This document shows positions 8,048-16,706 of a stretch of 64,000 nucleotides of DNA, in pieces; within the stretch, counting starts at the first letter, position 1, and each line of letters starts with the position of its first letter. The notes below the pieces were generated by a model. It made no database searches, was not told the origin of the DNA, and worked only from the letters and a program-made list of their open reading frames with translations. The position numbers were made by a program, and so were the translations under genes. Origin of the DNA: an uncultured Verrucomicrobiae bacterium (GTDB taxonomy: Bacteria; Verrucomicrobiota; Verrucomicrobiia; Limisphaerales; Palsa-1400); the NCBI GenBank assembly GCA_963764165.1, contig CAVXRD010000002.1, positions 1,728,001 to 1,792,000 of the forward strand, in the 5' to 3' direction.

Positions 8048-10936
8048 GTGAACACTATTCGAGGAACTCGTGCCGTGCTTTCCCTTGCGGCGATTTTATT
8101 CATCACCATTGCGCCCGCGCGCGCGGCGGATTCGCCGCCCCGCGAGAAACTGCTGCTGGATTTTGGGTGGAAATTTCACCTTGGCGATGACTGGGGCAAG
8201 AGCGAACGCCTCGACAAGGCGGGCGTGAATCCCGGCCCGGCTGGGCGCTCGTTTAACGACGCCCGGTGGCGCACTGTCAACCTGCCGCACGACTGGGTTC
8301 CCGAGCTTCCATTCGACCAGCACGCTGCCACGGACCACGGTTTCAAACCTGTCGGGCCGGGCTTTCCCTCGAATAGCATCGCGTGGTACCGCCGGACATT
8401 TTCGCTGCCCGCCGAGGACAAGGGCCGCCGCCTGATGTTGGAATTCGACGGCGTTTATCGCAATGCGCGCATTTACGTGAATGGCTATTTCCTCGGCCAT
8501 CATGAGAGCGGCTACATGGGATTCCGCTATGACATCACCGATTTGGCGCGATTCGGCAGTGACAACACTATTTCCGTCCGGGTGGATGCTTCGCAATTTG
8601 AAGGATGGTTTTATGAGGGCGCGGGAATTTACCGGCACGTCTGGCTCACCAAGACCAGCCCGCTGCACGTCGCGCCGGACGGAACTTTTGTTTACAGCCA
8701 GTTTCCGAAGAACATTCCCGAGGGCGCCGCGCTGATTCACGTCGAGACCAGCCTGCAAAACGACCAGGACGCCGGCCAGTCCGCCGCCGTCGAATGCGAA
8801 ATTCTCGATCCTGCCGGAAAAGCCGTGGCCCATTTTCAACAATCAGTGCCGGTCGAAGCGTGTTCCACTAAGACCCTGACGCAACTCGCGCCCGTCCAAT
8901 CCCCCGCGCTCTGGTCGCCTGAAACTCCGAACCTCTACAAGCTTATCACCAAGGTTTCGGTTGACAGTAAGGAAGTGGATCGCACGGAAACAGAATTCGG
9001 CATTCGCACCCTGGAATTCGATGCCAATCGCGGCTTTCTCTTGAACGGAAAATTCTGCGAGATCAAAGGCACCTGCAATCACCAGGACCACGCTGGCGTC
9101 GGATCCGCGCTGCCGGATCGATTGCAATTTTTCCGTGTGAGCCGGTTGAAGGATATGGGTGATAATGGCATCCGCACCTCGCACAACGCGCCGACGCCGG
9201 AGCTGCTGGACGCGTGCGACCATCTCGGCATGATGGTCATGGACGAAAATCGCCTGCTCGGCAGCGACGCGCAAAATTTGGATTACCTCGCCGCGCAAAT
9301 CCGGCGCGACCGCAATCATCCGAGCGTCATCATTTGGTCGCTTTTCAATGAGGAAGACACGCAAACCAGCCCCACCGCGCGAAACATCGCCGCCACCATG
9401 CAGAGGGTCGTCCATGAGTTGGACCCGACGCGCCTCTGCACCGCGGCTGGAAATGTCGGCAATGTTTATCAGGGCGTGAACAGCGTCCTGGACGTGCGCG
9501 GCTGGAATTATTATCCGGACTCCGTCGATGGCTACCATCGCGACCATCCGAACCAGCCGGAAATCGGCACCGAGCAGGCCAGCGCCCTGAGCACGCGCGG
9601 CATTTACGCCAACGACAAAACGCGCGGCTACATGAGCGCCTATGACACCAACGCGCCGCCGTGGGCCACCACCTCCGAGCATTGGTGGAAGATTTTTGCG
9701 GCGCGCCCGTGGCTCTCAGGCGGATTCGTATGGACGGGTTTCGACTATCGCGGCGAGCCGACGCCTTACACCTGGCCGTGCATCAATTCGCATTTCGGAG
9801 TGCTGGACACCTGCGGATTCGCCAAGGATAATTTCTACTATTATCAGGCGTGGTGGAGCGACCGCGTCGTGCTCCATATCTTGCCGCATTGGAATTGGGC
9901 TGGCAAGGAAGGGCAGGATATTGACGTGCGCTGCTACAGCAATTGCGAGGAGGTTGAAATGTTCCTGAACGGCCAGAGCCTTGGCCGCCAGACGATGTCC
10001 ACCAATTCGCACCTCAAATGGAATGTCAAATACACGCCCGGAACGCTGCTGGCGAAGGGATACAAGAATGGCCAGGTCGTCGCGGAGGACAAAGTCGAAA
10101 CCACCGGGGCTCCCGTCGCTGTCAAATTAACCGCGGACCGCACAACGATCGACGCAAACGGCGAAGACCTCTCCATTATCACGGTCGCAGTGACGGACGC
10201 CGAAGGCCGGATAGTGCCGCTGGCCAGCAATGAAATTCAATTCACGCTGCAAGGAAACCTCAAAGATCCAGCCATCTCGCCCGGAAAAATCCTCGGCGTC
10301 GGCAATGGCGACCCGAGCTGCCACGAGCCGGATGTGTATGTCCCGAGTCAGCCGAGCCATTCAGTGGGATTGCACGACTGGCGCTACAAACGCGGGCCGC
10401 ATTCCGAAGCCATGAAGGAAACCACCGAGAATTTCGATATCGGCGATTGGGTTTCGGTGGACACCAGCCGCGAGACCGGCCCTCTAAGTCCGAATACGGA
10501 CGCTGTGTTCCGCACCACGTTCGATGCCACTCCCGCGATGTTGAGCGCAACGGGCGTCAATCTGAATTTCGGCATGATCGATGACGAGGGACTGGTTTAT
10601 GTCAACGGCCACAAGGTCGGCGAATCGCACAATTGGGAGGAGCAGCCATCTTTTGCGGTCGGAAAATATCTGCACGAAGGTGTCAATACTATCGCCGTCA
10701 GCGTGCAAAATCACGAGGGCTCAGGCGGCGTCAACAAAGGCGTCTCGCTGGAAATCCTGGACCCGCCTAGGCCAACGGTGTGGAAGCGCAGCGTCTTCAA
10801 CGGCCTTGCCCAAGTTATTGTGCAATCCAGCAAGGTGCCGGGATTATTGTCACTCAACGCGACTTCGGATGGGCTGAAAACGGGGGGGCTGCTAATTACA
10901 GCAGCCAGTGCGACACCACGCCCAAGCGCGCCATGA
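8048..10936 (+). CDS. Glycoside hydrolase family 2 (beta-galactosidase-like), secreted
   Basis: LPHDW, LEFDGVY, WFYEGAGIYRHVWL, FGIR, GTCNHQDHAGVG, IRTSHN, RDRNHPSVIIWSLFNEE and WTGFDYRGEP motifs. Start set at GTG 8048, ahead of a signal peptide; the 7130 start in the ORF track overlaps the ThuA gene. Confidence 0.92.
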   Translation: MNTIRGTRAVLSLAAILFITIAPARAADSPPREKLLLDFGWKFHLGDDWGKSERLDKAGVNPGPAGRSFNDARWRTVNLPHDWVPELPFDQHAATDHGFKPVGPGFPSNSIAWYRRTFSLPAEDKGRRLMLEFDGVYRNARIYVNGYFLGHHESGYMGFRYDITDLARFGSDNTISVRVDASQFEGWFYEGAGIYRHVWLTKTSPLHVAPDGTFVYSQFPKNIPEGAALIHVETSLQNDQDAGQSAAVECEILDPAGKAVAHFQQSVPVEACSTKTLTQLAPVQSPALWSPETPNLYKLITKVSVDSKEVDRTETEFGIRTLEFDANRGFLLNGKFCEIKGTCNHQDHAGVGSALPDRLQFFRVSRLKDMGDNGIRTSHNAPTPELLDACDHLGMMVMDENRLLGSDAQNLDYLAAQIRRDRNHPSVIIWSLFNEEDTQTSPTARNIAATMQRVVHELDPTRLCTAAGNVGNVYQGVNSVLDVRGWNYYPDSVDGYHRDHPNQPEIGTEQASALSTRGIYANDKTRGYMSAYDTNAPPWATTSEHWWKIFAARPWLSGGFVWTGFDYRGEPTPYTWPCINSHFGVLDTCGFAKDNFYYYQAWWSDRVVLHILPHWNWAGKEGQDIDVRCYSNCEEVEMFLNGQSLGRQTMSTNSHLKWNVKYTPGTLLAKGYKNGQVVAEDKVETTGAPVAVKLTADRTTIDANGEDLSIITVAVTDAEGRIVPLASNEIQFTLQGNLKDPAISPGKILGVGNGDPSCHEPDVYVPSQPSHSVGLHDWRYKRGPHSEAMKETTENFDIGDWVSVDTSRETGPLSPNTDAVFRTTFDATPAMLSATGVNLNFGMIDDEGLVYVNGHKVGESHNWEEQPSFAVGKYLHEGVNTIAVSVQNHEGSGGVNKGVSLEILDPPRPTVWKRSVFNGLAQVIVQSSKVPGLLSLNATSDGLKTGGLLITAASATPRPSAP

Positions 10937-10938
10937 GT

Positions 10939-11042
10939 TAAAGGTAGGGACGCCTCGCCGAGGCGTCCGGTTGCGCGTGAATAATGCAAGGGGTCCTCGC
11001 ATAAAGAGCGCCTCACCCCGGACGCCTCGGCGAGGCGTCCCT
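10939..11042. repeat. GTAG-REP doublet, family A; right arm interrupted by IS1111-type element (remainder at 12478-12486)
   Basis: Left arm taaaggtagggacgcctcgccgaggcgtcc. Right arm ggacgcctcggcgaggcgtccCT stops at 11042 and continues as CTaccttta at 12478-12486. Confidence 0.92.
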
Positions 11043-11119
11043 GCTATGAATATTGTCAAGTGACTAAACGGGTTCTACGTCATTTTCTTTTTTTGTTTAA
11101 ATGTTTTGATCTTATTTCG

Positions 11120-11310
11120 GAGCGTTTCCTCTTCTGGGTTCGACGGAATGCTTCCGTCGTCCAACCTGCTATCCGCACTTGTTTTTCACAGTGCCATATG
11201 ACGTTTTCGTGTCGGAAGAGGAACGAGCGCGCCCAATCTACCTTTCGGGTTCAGTTCAACTGACCCAAGGGACGGGCGGGCGCGCGCCGTTCCAAAATCT
11301 AATTTTGGGT
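11120..11310 (-). ncRNA. Putative bridge RNA / seekRNA of the IS1111-type element
   Basis: On the minus strand: 5' hairpin (11292-11308); target-binding internal loop with guides CGUCCCU and AAAGGUAG; donor-binding loop with AUAGCAG and a partial ACGUCAUAU match, closed by stems 11126-11134/11215-11223. The RNA ends are estimated. Confidence 0.8.
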
Positions 11311-11350
11311 CTTCATTTTAAATGCTGTCTTTGGTCTTCCTTTCCCCGGC

Positions 11351-12430
11351 TCAGGCCAGGTGCAGCACGGCGGCGGTGGCCCGCCCGGTTTCCATCCGCC
11401 AAATGTCGATGGCCAGCTTGCGCGCGATGGCCACGATGGCTTTCTTGCGCGCGCCCCGGTTTTGGGTTTGGCCCAGCACCTCCCGCCATCGCACCACCGG
11501 CCCGTAGCTGGGCTGGTAGCGAATGACTCGCCATGCCAGTTCAATCAGCAGCCGCCGCAATCGGGGATTGCCGTGCTTGGTGATGGAGCCCGAGATGCTG
11601 TGGCTGCCGCTGGCCTGCACTCCCGGACACAGGCCCGTCAAGCTGGCGACCTGGCGGCGATTGGCGAACCGGTTCCAGTCGAAGACTTCGCGGCGCAGCG
11701 TTTCGCTGGTCAGCAGTCCGACTCCTTTGGGCTGGGGCTTGGCCTGGCTTTGGATCTTGATGGTCACTTCTTGCAGCAGCTTGTCGGCGCCGGCTGCCAG
11801 CGCGCGCAGGATTTCCAAAATGGAGGACAGCCAGGCGGGCAGTTTGGCTTTGTGCTTCACCCATGCCCCCTCCTTCCACCATTGCCCGCTGACCCGGTGG
11901 CCATTGTAAAGCAAGAGGCTGCGTCCTTGGGCCTCATGGGTTTGCCGGTCCTTTTGCAGCTGCTCGCGCAGGCGGGTTTGGGCCCGGACTTGTTCCTGCT
12001 CGGGGGTGGGCACGGTGATGACGGCCAGGGCCTTGCGGTTGCCCTGCACATAGCGGTCCAGCCGCTGAACCATGGCCAGGGCGTCGGTCTTGTCAGTCTT
12101 TACCCCGCGGCCCAACTCATCCCAGTTCTGGGGGCGGACAACGATGTTCTTGACGCCCATTTTCAGCAGCGCTCGATGCAGGGCGTAACCGAAGGCCCCG
12201 GCTTCGTAGCAACTATGCACTTCCCCGGCCAGAGTCAGTTGCTTGGCGGCGAACTTCAGGAAGTCCTCCGGTGTCATTTTCTGGGCCGGCTGAGGCGTGG
12301 CGTCATCGATCTGGCGCACGACTCGGTAACTGTCCGCGTGCACATCCACGCCCAGTTTTATCCGGGTGTATTTGCACGGTGTTTGTGTTTTATTGTTCGC
12401 GTGGGTATTGGTAACGGTGTTCTTTTTCAT
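11351..12430 (-). CDS. IS110/IS1111 family transposase (DEDD RuvC-like recombinase)
   Basis: GVDVH, CYEAG and KTDKTDA (D-E-D-D); C-terminal domain with GVGLLTS, GLCPGVQASG (catalytic Ser) and ITKHGNPRLRRLLIELAW, ending KKAIVAIARKL. Confidence 0.95.
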   Translation of the reverse strand: MKKNTVTNTHANNKTQTPCKYTRIKLGVDVHADSYRVVRQIDDATPQPAQKMTPEDFLKFAAKQLTLAGEVHSCYEAGAFGYALHRALLKMGVKNIVVRPQNWDELGRGVKTDKTDALAMVQRLDRYVQGNRKALAVITVPTPEQEQVRAQTRLREQLQKDRQTHEAQGRSLLLYNGHRVSGQWWKEGAWVKHKAKLPAWLSSILEILRALAAGADKLLQEVTIKIQSQAKPQPKGVGLLTSETLRREVFDWNRFANRRQVASLTGLCPGVQASGSHSISGSITKHGNPRLRRLLIELAWRVIRYQPSYGPVVRWREVLGQTQNRGARKKAIVAIARKLAIDIWRMETGRATAAVLHLA

Positions 12431-12491
12431 ACCTTGGTGTAGCACCCGTTGTGCTCACCTGCCAATACCCATGCCATCTACCTTTATCGCC

Positions 12492-13028
12492 CTAGTCCAG
12501 CACTCGGTAGTAGTAACTTGCCGCGCAAAAACCGCCGTCGGGGAATAACGCGAAATTCGGAACATCGCCCACCCGGACCCAGCCGAGTTTTTCGTAAAGC
12601 CGCGCGCCGTCGCTTCCCGTCACTGTGTCAAGTGTGAGCAGCGTCCGACCGCATTCGCGCGCGGTTTGCTCGGCCGCGCGCATCAGGGCCGCGCCCAATC
12701 CGCGCCGCCGCGCCCGGCGATGGACGAGCATTTTCATAATTTCGGCGCGGTGCTGCTGGTTCTCCGGGCTGGCCAGGCCAAGTTGCACTGTTCCACAAAT
12801 TCCCTGTTCGTCCTCAGCTACAAAAAGTATGCGCTCGCCGGACACGACGCCGCTCGCGACTTTTCGCCAAAAGTCGATGGCCCTTTCTCGTGAAACCGGG
12901 TTCATGAAATGCACGCTCGCGCCGCCCTGCACGCAGTCGACAAGAACGTCCGCCAACTGGAGAAGGTGGCGCTCCTCAACAGCATCCAATTTGCGCGGAA
13001 CCAATGAGCATGGAGACGCATCTGACAC
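12492..13028 (-). CDS. GNAT family N-acetyltransferase
   Basis: GASVHF, GTVQL, NQQHRAEIMKMLVHRRARRRGLG and LTLDT...LYEKLGW motifs; start GTG 13028 is an estimate. Confidence 0.88.
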   Translation of the reverse strand: MSDASPCSLVPRKLDAVEERHLLQLADVLVDCVQGGASVHFMNPVSRERAIDFWRKVASGVVSGERILFVAEDEQGICGTVQLGLASPENQQHRAEIMKMLVHRRARRRGLGAALMRAAEQTARECGRTLLTLDTVTGSDGARLYEKLGWVRVGDVPNFALFPDGGFCAASYYYRVLD

Positions 13029-13100
13029 GACGGCGAGATACAACCATGCCGGCCTGCGCGTCAATTTCAAATCGACGCTCATCCGGAATCACAAATATTA

Positions 13101-13189
13101 AACAGGAGGAAGACCGAGAGCGCAGAGAAAAATGCCCAATTCGCCAAACAATCATTTTTGGCCTCCGCGCCCTCGGTCTTTCTCCTGTT
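13101..13189. repeat. Long imperfect inverted repeat (family D)
   Basis: aacaggaggaagaccgagagcgcagag versus the reverse complement of 13163-13189: 24/27 match. Confidence 0.7.
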
Positions 13190-13268
13190 CAAATTCTTAA
13201 TGGATGAACTTCGCTGCATTTATCGCATTGGCAAACGTCGCCTCGCAAGTTACAAAAAGGGGGCTTAA

Positions 13269-15827
13269 ATGAGCCAGACCGTCATCGAAACGGAGCCACC
13301 AATCTCTGCTGATTTGCTCGCGGATTATCCGCGCGGAGGAGGATTTGACGAGGCCTTTTCAACCGGCAAGGAATTGCTCCCCCACTATGCGCCGTTCATT
13401 GCGGCCGCGCAAAAACTGGGCGCGGCGGAATTGAAGCGGCGCCGCGAAACCTGCCGCCGCCTCCTGCACGAGCAAGGGATCACTTACAATATTTCCTCCG
13501 GCGCCAAGGAGCCGACGATGCAGCAGCCGTGGCAGCTTGATCCCGTTCCGCTGATCATCGCGCCGGACGAATGGCGCGCGCTGGAAGAGGCGCTGATCCA
13601 GCGGGCCACGCTTATCAATTCCGTGCTGGCCGATTGCTACGGGCCGCAGGAATTGATTCGCACCCGCCGCCTGCCGCCCGCGCTCGTTTTTGCCCAGCCG
13701 GATTTTCTGCGCCCCTGCCGCAACGTCCGCCCGCAGAATGATGCCTATCTCAATTTTTACGCGGCGGATTTGGGCCGCTCGCCTGATGGGCAATGGTGGG
13801 TCGTCTCGGACCGCACGCAAGTTCCCACCGGCGCCGGTTATGCCCTGGCGAATCGATTGGTGACCTCCCGTGCTTTGCCCGAGCCATTCCGAAGCTGTCA
13901 AGTGAATCGACTGGCGGGCTTCTTCCGCGACATGCAGATTTCGCTGGCCAGCCTCGCCCCGCGCCAATCGGATAATCCGCGCATCGTCTTCTTGACGCCC
14001 GGTCCTTACAGCGAGACGTATTGCGAGCAAAGCTATCTCGCGCGTTATCTCGGCTACATGCTCGTTGAGGGCCAGGATTTGACGGTGCGCGACGACAAGG
14101 TCTATCTGAAAACCCTGAGCGGCCTTGAGCAAGTCGATGTGATTTTTCGCCGGGTCGATGATGATTTTTGCGATCCGCTGGAATTGCGCAACGATTCCAT
14201 TCTCGGCGTGCCCGGATTGCTGGAAGCCTTGCGGGCGGGCAACGTCGCGGTGGCCAATTCGCTCGGGGCGGGCCTGCTGCAAAGTCCGGCGGTGATGGCC
14301 TTTTTGCCGGGGCTCTGCCAGCACCTGCTGGGAGAGGATTTGAAAATGCCCTCGGTGGCGACGTGGTGGTGCGGGCAGGAAGAGGCGCGAAAATACGTGC
14401 TGGAAAGCCTCGACCAGCTTCCCGTCCGTTCAGCCTTCCGGCTTGACGCTCCCGAGCGCGAGGGCCGATTGAAATTAAGCGCGGCCCAGCGCGAGGCGCT
14501 GAAGCGGCGCATCGAATTCCAGCCGCATCTTTTCGCCGCGCAAGAGGAATTGAAACTTTCGACTGCGCCGTCGTGGGTCTCGGGCGAAATTCTGCCGCGT
14601 CCCGTGTCCCTTCGCGTTTATTTGGTGGCCATCGGCGGCACTTACAAAATGATGGCCGGCGGCCTCACTCGCGTGGCGGCGGCGACGCAGTGGCACACGC
14701 TCTCGATGCATCACGGCGGCGTGAGCAAGGACACCTGGGTCTTGAGCCATCAACCCGTCGAAGCCGTCACGCTGCTTCACCCGGCCGAAGGAGCGATTGA
14801 ATTGCGGCGGGTGGGAAATAATTTGCCGTCGCGCCTGGCGGACAATTTCTTCTGGCTGGGCCGGTATGAGGAGCGGGCGGATGCGACGGCGCGTTTGCTG
14901 CGAAGCGCCTTCGCCCGGTTCGGCCCGGAAAATCTCGGCGGAGCGCAGCCGCAACTGTGGCCCATCTTGCAGGCGCTCAAATTGCCGCGCAGAACTAATG
15001 AACCCGAATCCGAAGCTGACGCGGAGGCGCCGCCACCCGTGACGGAATTGGATTTGTGGGCCTTGATTTTCGATCCCGGCATGCCCGGCAGCCTTCGCGA
15101 TACGGCGGCAAATTTGCAGCGCCTGGCCGTATTTCTGCGCGAGCGGACGTCCAACGATTTGTGGCAGGTGCTGAGCTCGCTGGCCGACCGGCTCGCCATG
15201 CCGGCGGGAACAATGGGTTCGCTGGCGGGGGATGCAGCCGGATTGCTGAGCCAGGTTCTCAGCAGCCTGGCGGCATTCCGCGGCCTGGCCCGCGAGAACA
15301 TGACACGCGCCCACGGCTGGCGTTTTCTTGACATGGGCCAGCGCATCGAGCGCGCGATTCATCTCTGCGCCTTTTTGGACCATGCTCTGGCTTCGCCCGA
15401 GGCGGACAATCCCAGCGTGCTCGAAGCGGTGCTGGAAGTGGCCGACAGTTCGATCACCTACCGCGGCCGCTACAATCTGCTGCCGAACATTGCGACGGTG
15501 TATGATTTAGTCTTGCTCGATGACACCAATCCGCGTTCGCTGTTGTTCCAATTGAACCAACTGGTCAAACATTTCGAGCGGCTGCCGGGCGAACGCGAGA
15601 GCGCGCTGCCCAGCGCGGGCAACCGCATTTTAATCGAATGTTTGACAGAAGTGCGCCTGCTGGACCCGCGCGATTTGAACAAGCTCAAGGGCGGCTGGCA
15701 GGAGAGCGCGGCCGGGCGCGTCATCCAGGATGTGCTGCGCCAGATGCCGCTGCTTTCGGATGCGATTGCGGCGAGTTATTTTGCGCACTCCGCGATTTCC
15801 CGCGCCGGCGGGAGCGACATGCGCTGA
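13269..15827 (+). CDS. Circularly permuted ATP-grasp fused to alpha-E domain
   Basis: GITYN, WQLDPVP, YAADLGRSPDGQWWVVSDRTQVPTGAGY, RRVDDDFCDPLEL and SKDTWV, followed by LPSRLADNFFWLGRYEERAD and GWRFLDMGQRIERA. Confidence 0.92.
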   Translation: MSQTVIETEPPISADLLADYPRGGGFDEAFSTGKELLPHYAPFIAAAQKLGAAELKRRRETCRRLLHEQGITYNISSGAKEPTMQQPWQLDPVPLIIAPDEWRALEEALIQRATLINSVLADCYGPQELIRTRRLPPALVFAQPDFLRPCRNVRPQNDAYLNFYAADLGRSPDGQWWVVSDRTQVPTGAGYALANRLVTSRALPEPFRSCQVNRLAGFFRDMQISLASLAPRQSDNPRIVFLTPGPYSETYCEQSYLARYLGYMLVEGQDLTVRDDKVYLKTLSGLEQVDVIFRRVDDDFCDPLELRNDSILGVPGLLEALRAGNVAVANSLGAGLLQSPAVMAFLPGLCQHLLGEDLKMPSVATWWCGQEEARKYVLESLDQLPVRSAFRLDAPEREGRLKLSAAQREALKRRIEFQPHLFAAQEELKLSTAPSWVSGEILPRPVSLRVYLVAIGGTYKMMAGGLTRVAAATQWHTLSMHHGGVSKDTWVLSHQPVEAVTLLHPAEGAIELRRVGNNLPSRLADNFFWLGRYEERADATARLLRSAFARFGPENLGGAQPQLWPILQALKLPRRTNEPESEADAEAPPPVTELDLWALIFDPGMPGSLRDTAANLQRLAVFLRERTSNDLWQVLSSLADRLAMPAGTMGSLAGDAAGLLSQVLSSLAAFRGLARENMTRAHGWRFLDMGQRIERAIHLCAFLDHALASPEADNPSVLEAVLEVADSSITYRGRYNLLPNIATVYDLVLLDDTNPRSLLFQLNQLVKHFERLPGERESALPSAGNRILIECLTEVRLLDPRDLNKLKGGWQESAAGRVIQDVLRQMPLLSDAIAASYFAHSAISRAGGSDMR

Positions 15828-15833
15828 AGTGTT

Positions 15834-16706
15834 ATGACATTTGACGTCACCCATCGCACCACGTATCGCTACAGCCAGCCGGTGACGGTGTCGCAGCATG
15901 CGGCCCGCGTCGAGCCACGCGATTTTCCCGGGCAAATCCTGGAGAGTTTTTCGTTGAGCATCGATCCGCCGCCGCCCATCCGCAAAACGCGCAATGATTA
16001 CTTTGGCAACCACGTCTGTTTTTTCAGCATCCAGGAAGTCCATTCGGAATTGGAAATCGTGGCCCGCAGCCGGTTGACGGTGGCATCGGCCACCCAGCCC
16101 GCGCTGCTGCTTTCGCCGGCGTGGGAGCGCGTGGTGGGGCTGTTCACGGATCCCGTTTCGCCGGAGGTGGTCGAGCCTTATGAATTTGTATTTGACTCTC
16201 CCTTCGTACGCGCTTCGCCGGCCTTGGCGGCTTACGCGAAGGCGAGTTTTCCAGCGGGCGCGCCGCTGCTTTCCGCCGTGCTTGATTTGAATCGCCGCAT
16301 TTTCAGCGATTTCAAATACGACCAGATTGCGACCACCGTGGCAACTCCGCTGGAGGAGGTCATGGAAAAAAGGCGCGGCGTCTGCCAGGATTTCGCGCAT
16401 GTGGCGATTGCCTCGCTGCGCTCGCTGGGACTGGCGGCGCGATATGTCAGCGGCTATTTGCGCACGCGCCCGGCTGAGGGCAAACCGCAGCTCATCGGCG
16501 CCGACGCCTCGCATGCGTGGTTCTCGGTTTTCTGCCCCGATCTCGGATGGGTCGATTTCGATCCCACCAACAACGTCATGCCGGACACCGAACATCTGAC
16601 GCTCGCCTACGGGCGCGATTTCGGCGATGTCAGTCCCATCAGCGGCATCCTTACGGGAGGCGGCGCGCACGAAGTGAAAGTGGCAGTGACGGTGAGCGCA
16701 GTATGA
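15834..16706 (+). CDS. Transglutaminase-like protein
   Basis: HRTTYRY N-domain; GVCQDFAH, YVSGY, SHAW and DFDPTN triad; GRDFGDVSP. Confidence 0.93.
   Translation: MTFDVTHRTTYRYSQPVTVSQHAARVEPRDFPGQILESFSLSIDPPPPIRKTRNDYFGNHVCFFSIQEVHSELEIVARSRLTVASATQPALLLSPAWERVVGLFTDPVSPEVVEPYEFVFDSPFVRASPALAAYAKASFPAGAPLLSAVLDLNRRIFSDFKYDQIATTVATPLEEVMEKRRGVCQDFAHVAIASLRSLGLAARYVSGYLRTRPAEGKPQLIGADASHAWFSVFCPDLGWVDFDPTNNVMPDTEHLTLAYGRDFGDVSPISGILTGGGAHEVKVAVTVSAV

Larger units (their letters stand above)
11043..12477 (-). mobile_element. IS110-superfamily insertion sequence, IS1111-type (about 1435 bp between CT cores)
   Basis: Flanked by CT at 11041-11042 and 12478-12479; removing it restores a perfect REP arm. 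Sub-terminal inverted repeats at 11046-11063 and 12455-12472 (14/18 match); DEDD transposase; ~300 bp non-coding region downstream of the transposase. Confidence 0.93.

Noticed and set aside
6660..13268. Sigma-54 promoters upstream of the two ATP-grasp operons (TGGCA near 6840 and 13228)
   Set aside because: The GG-N10-GC spacing is not satisfied.
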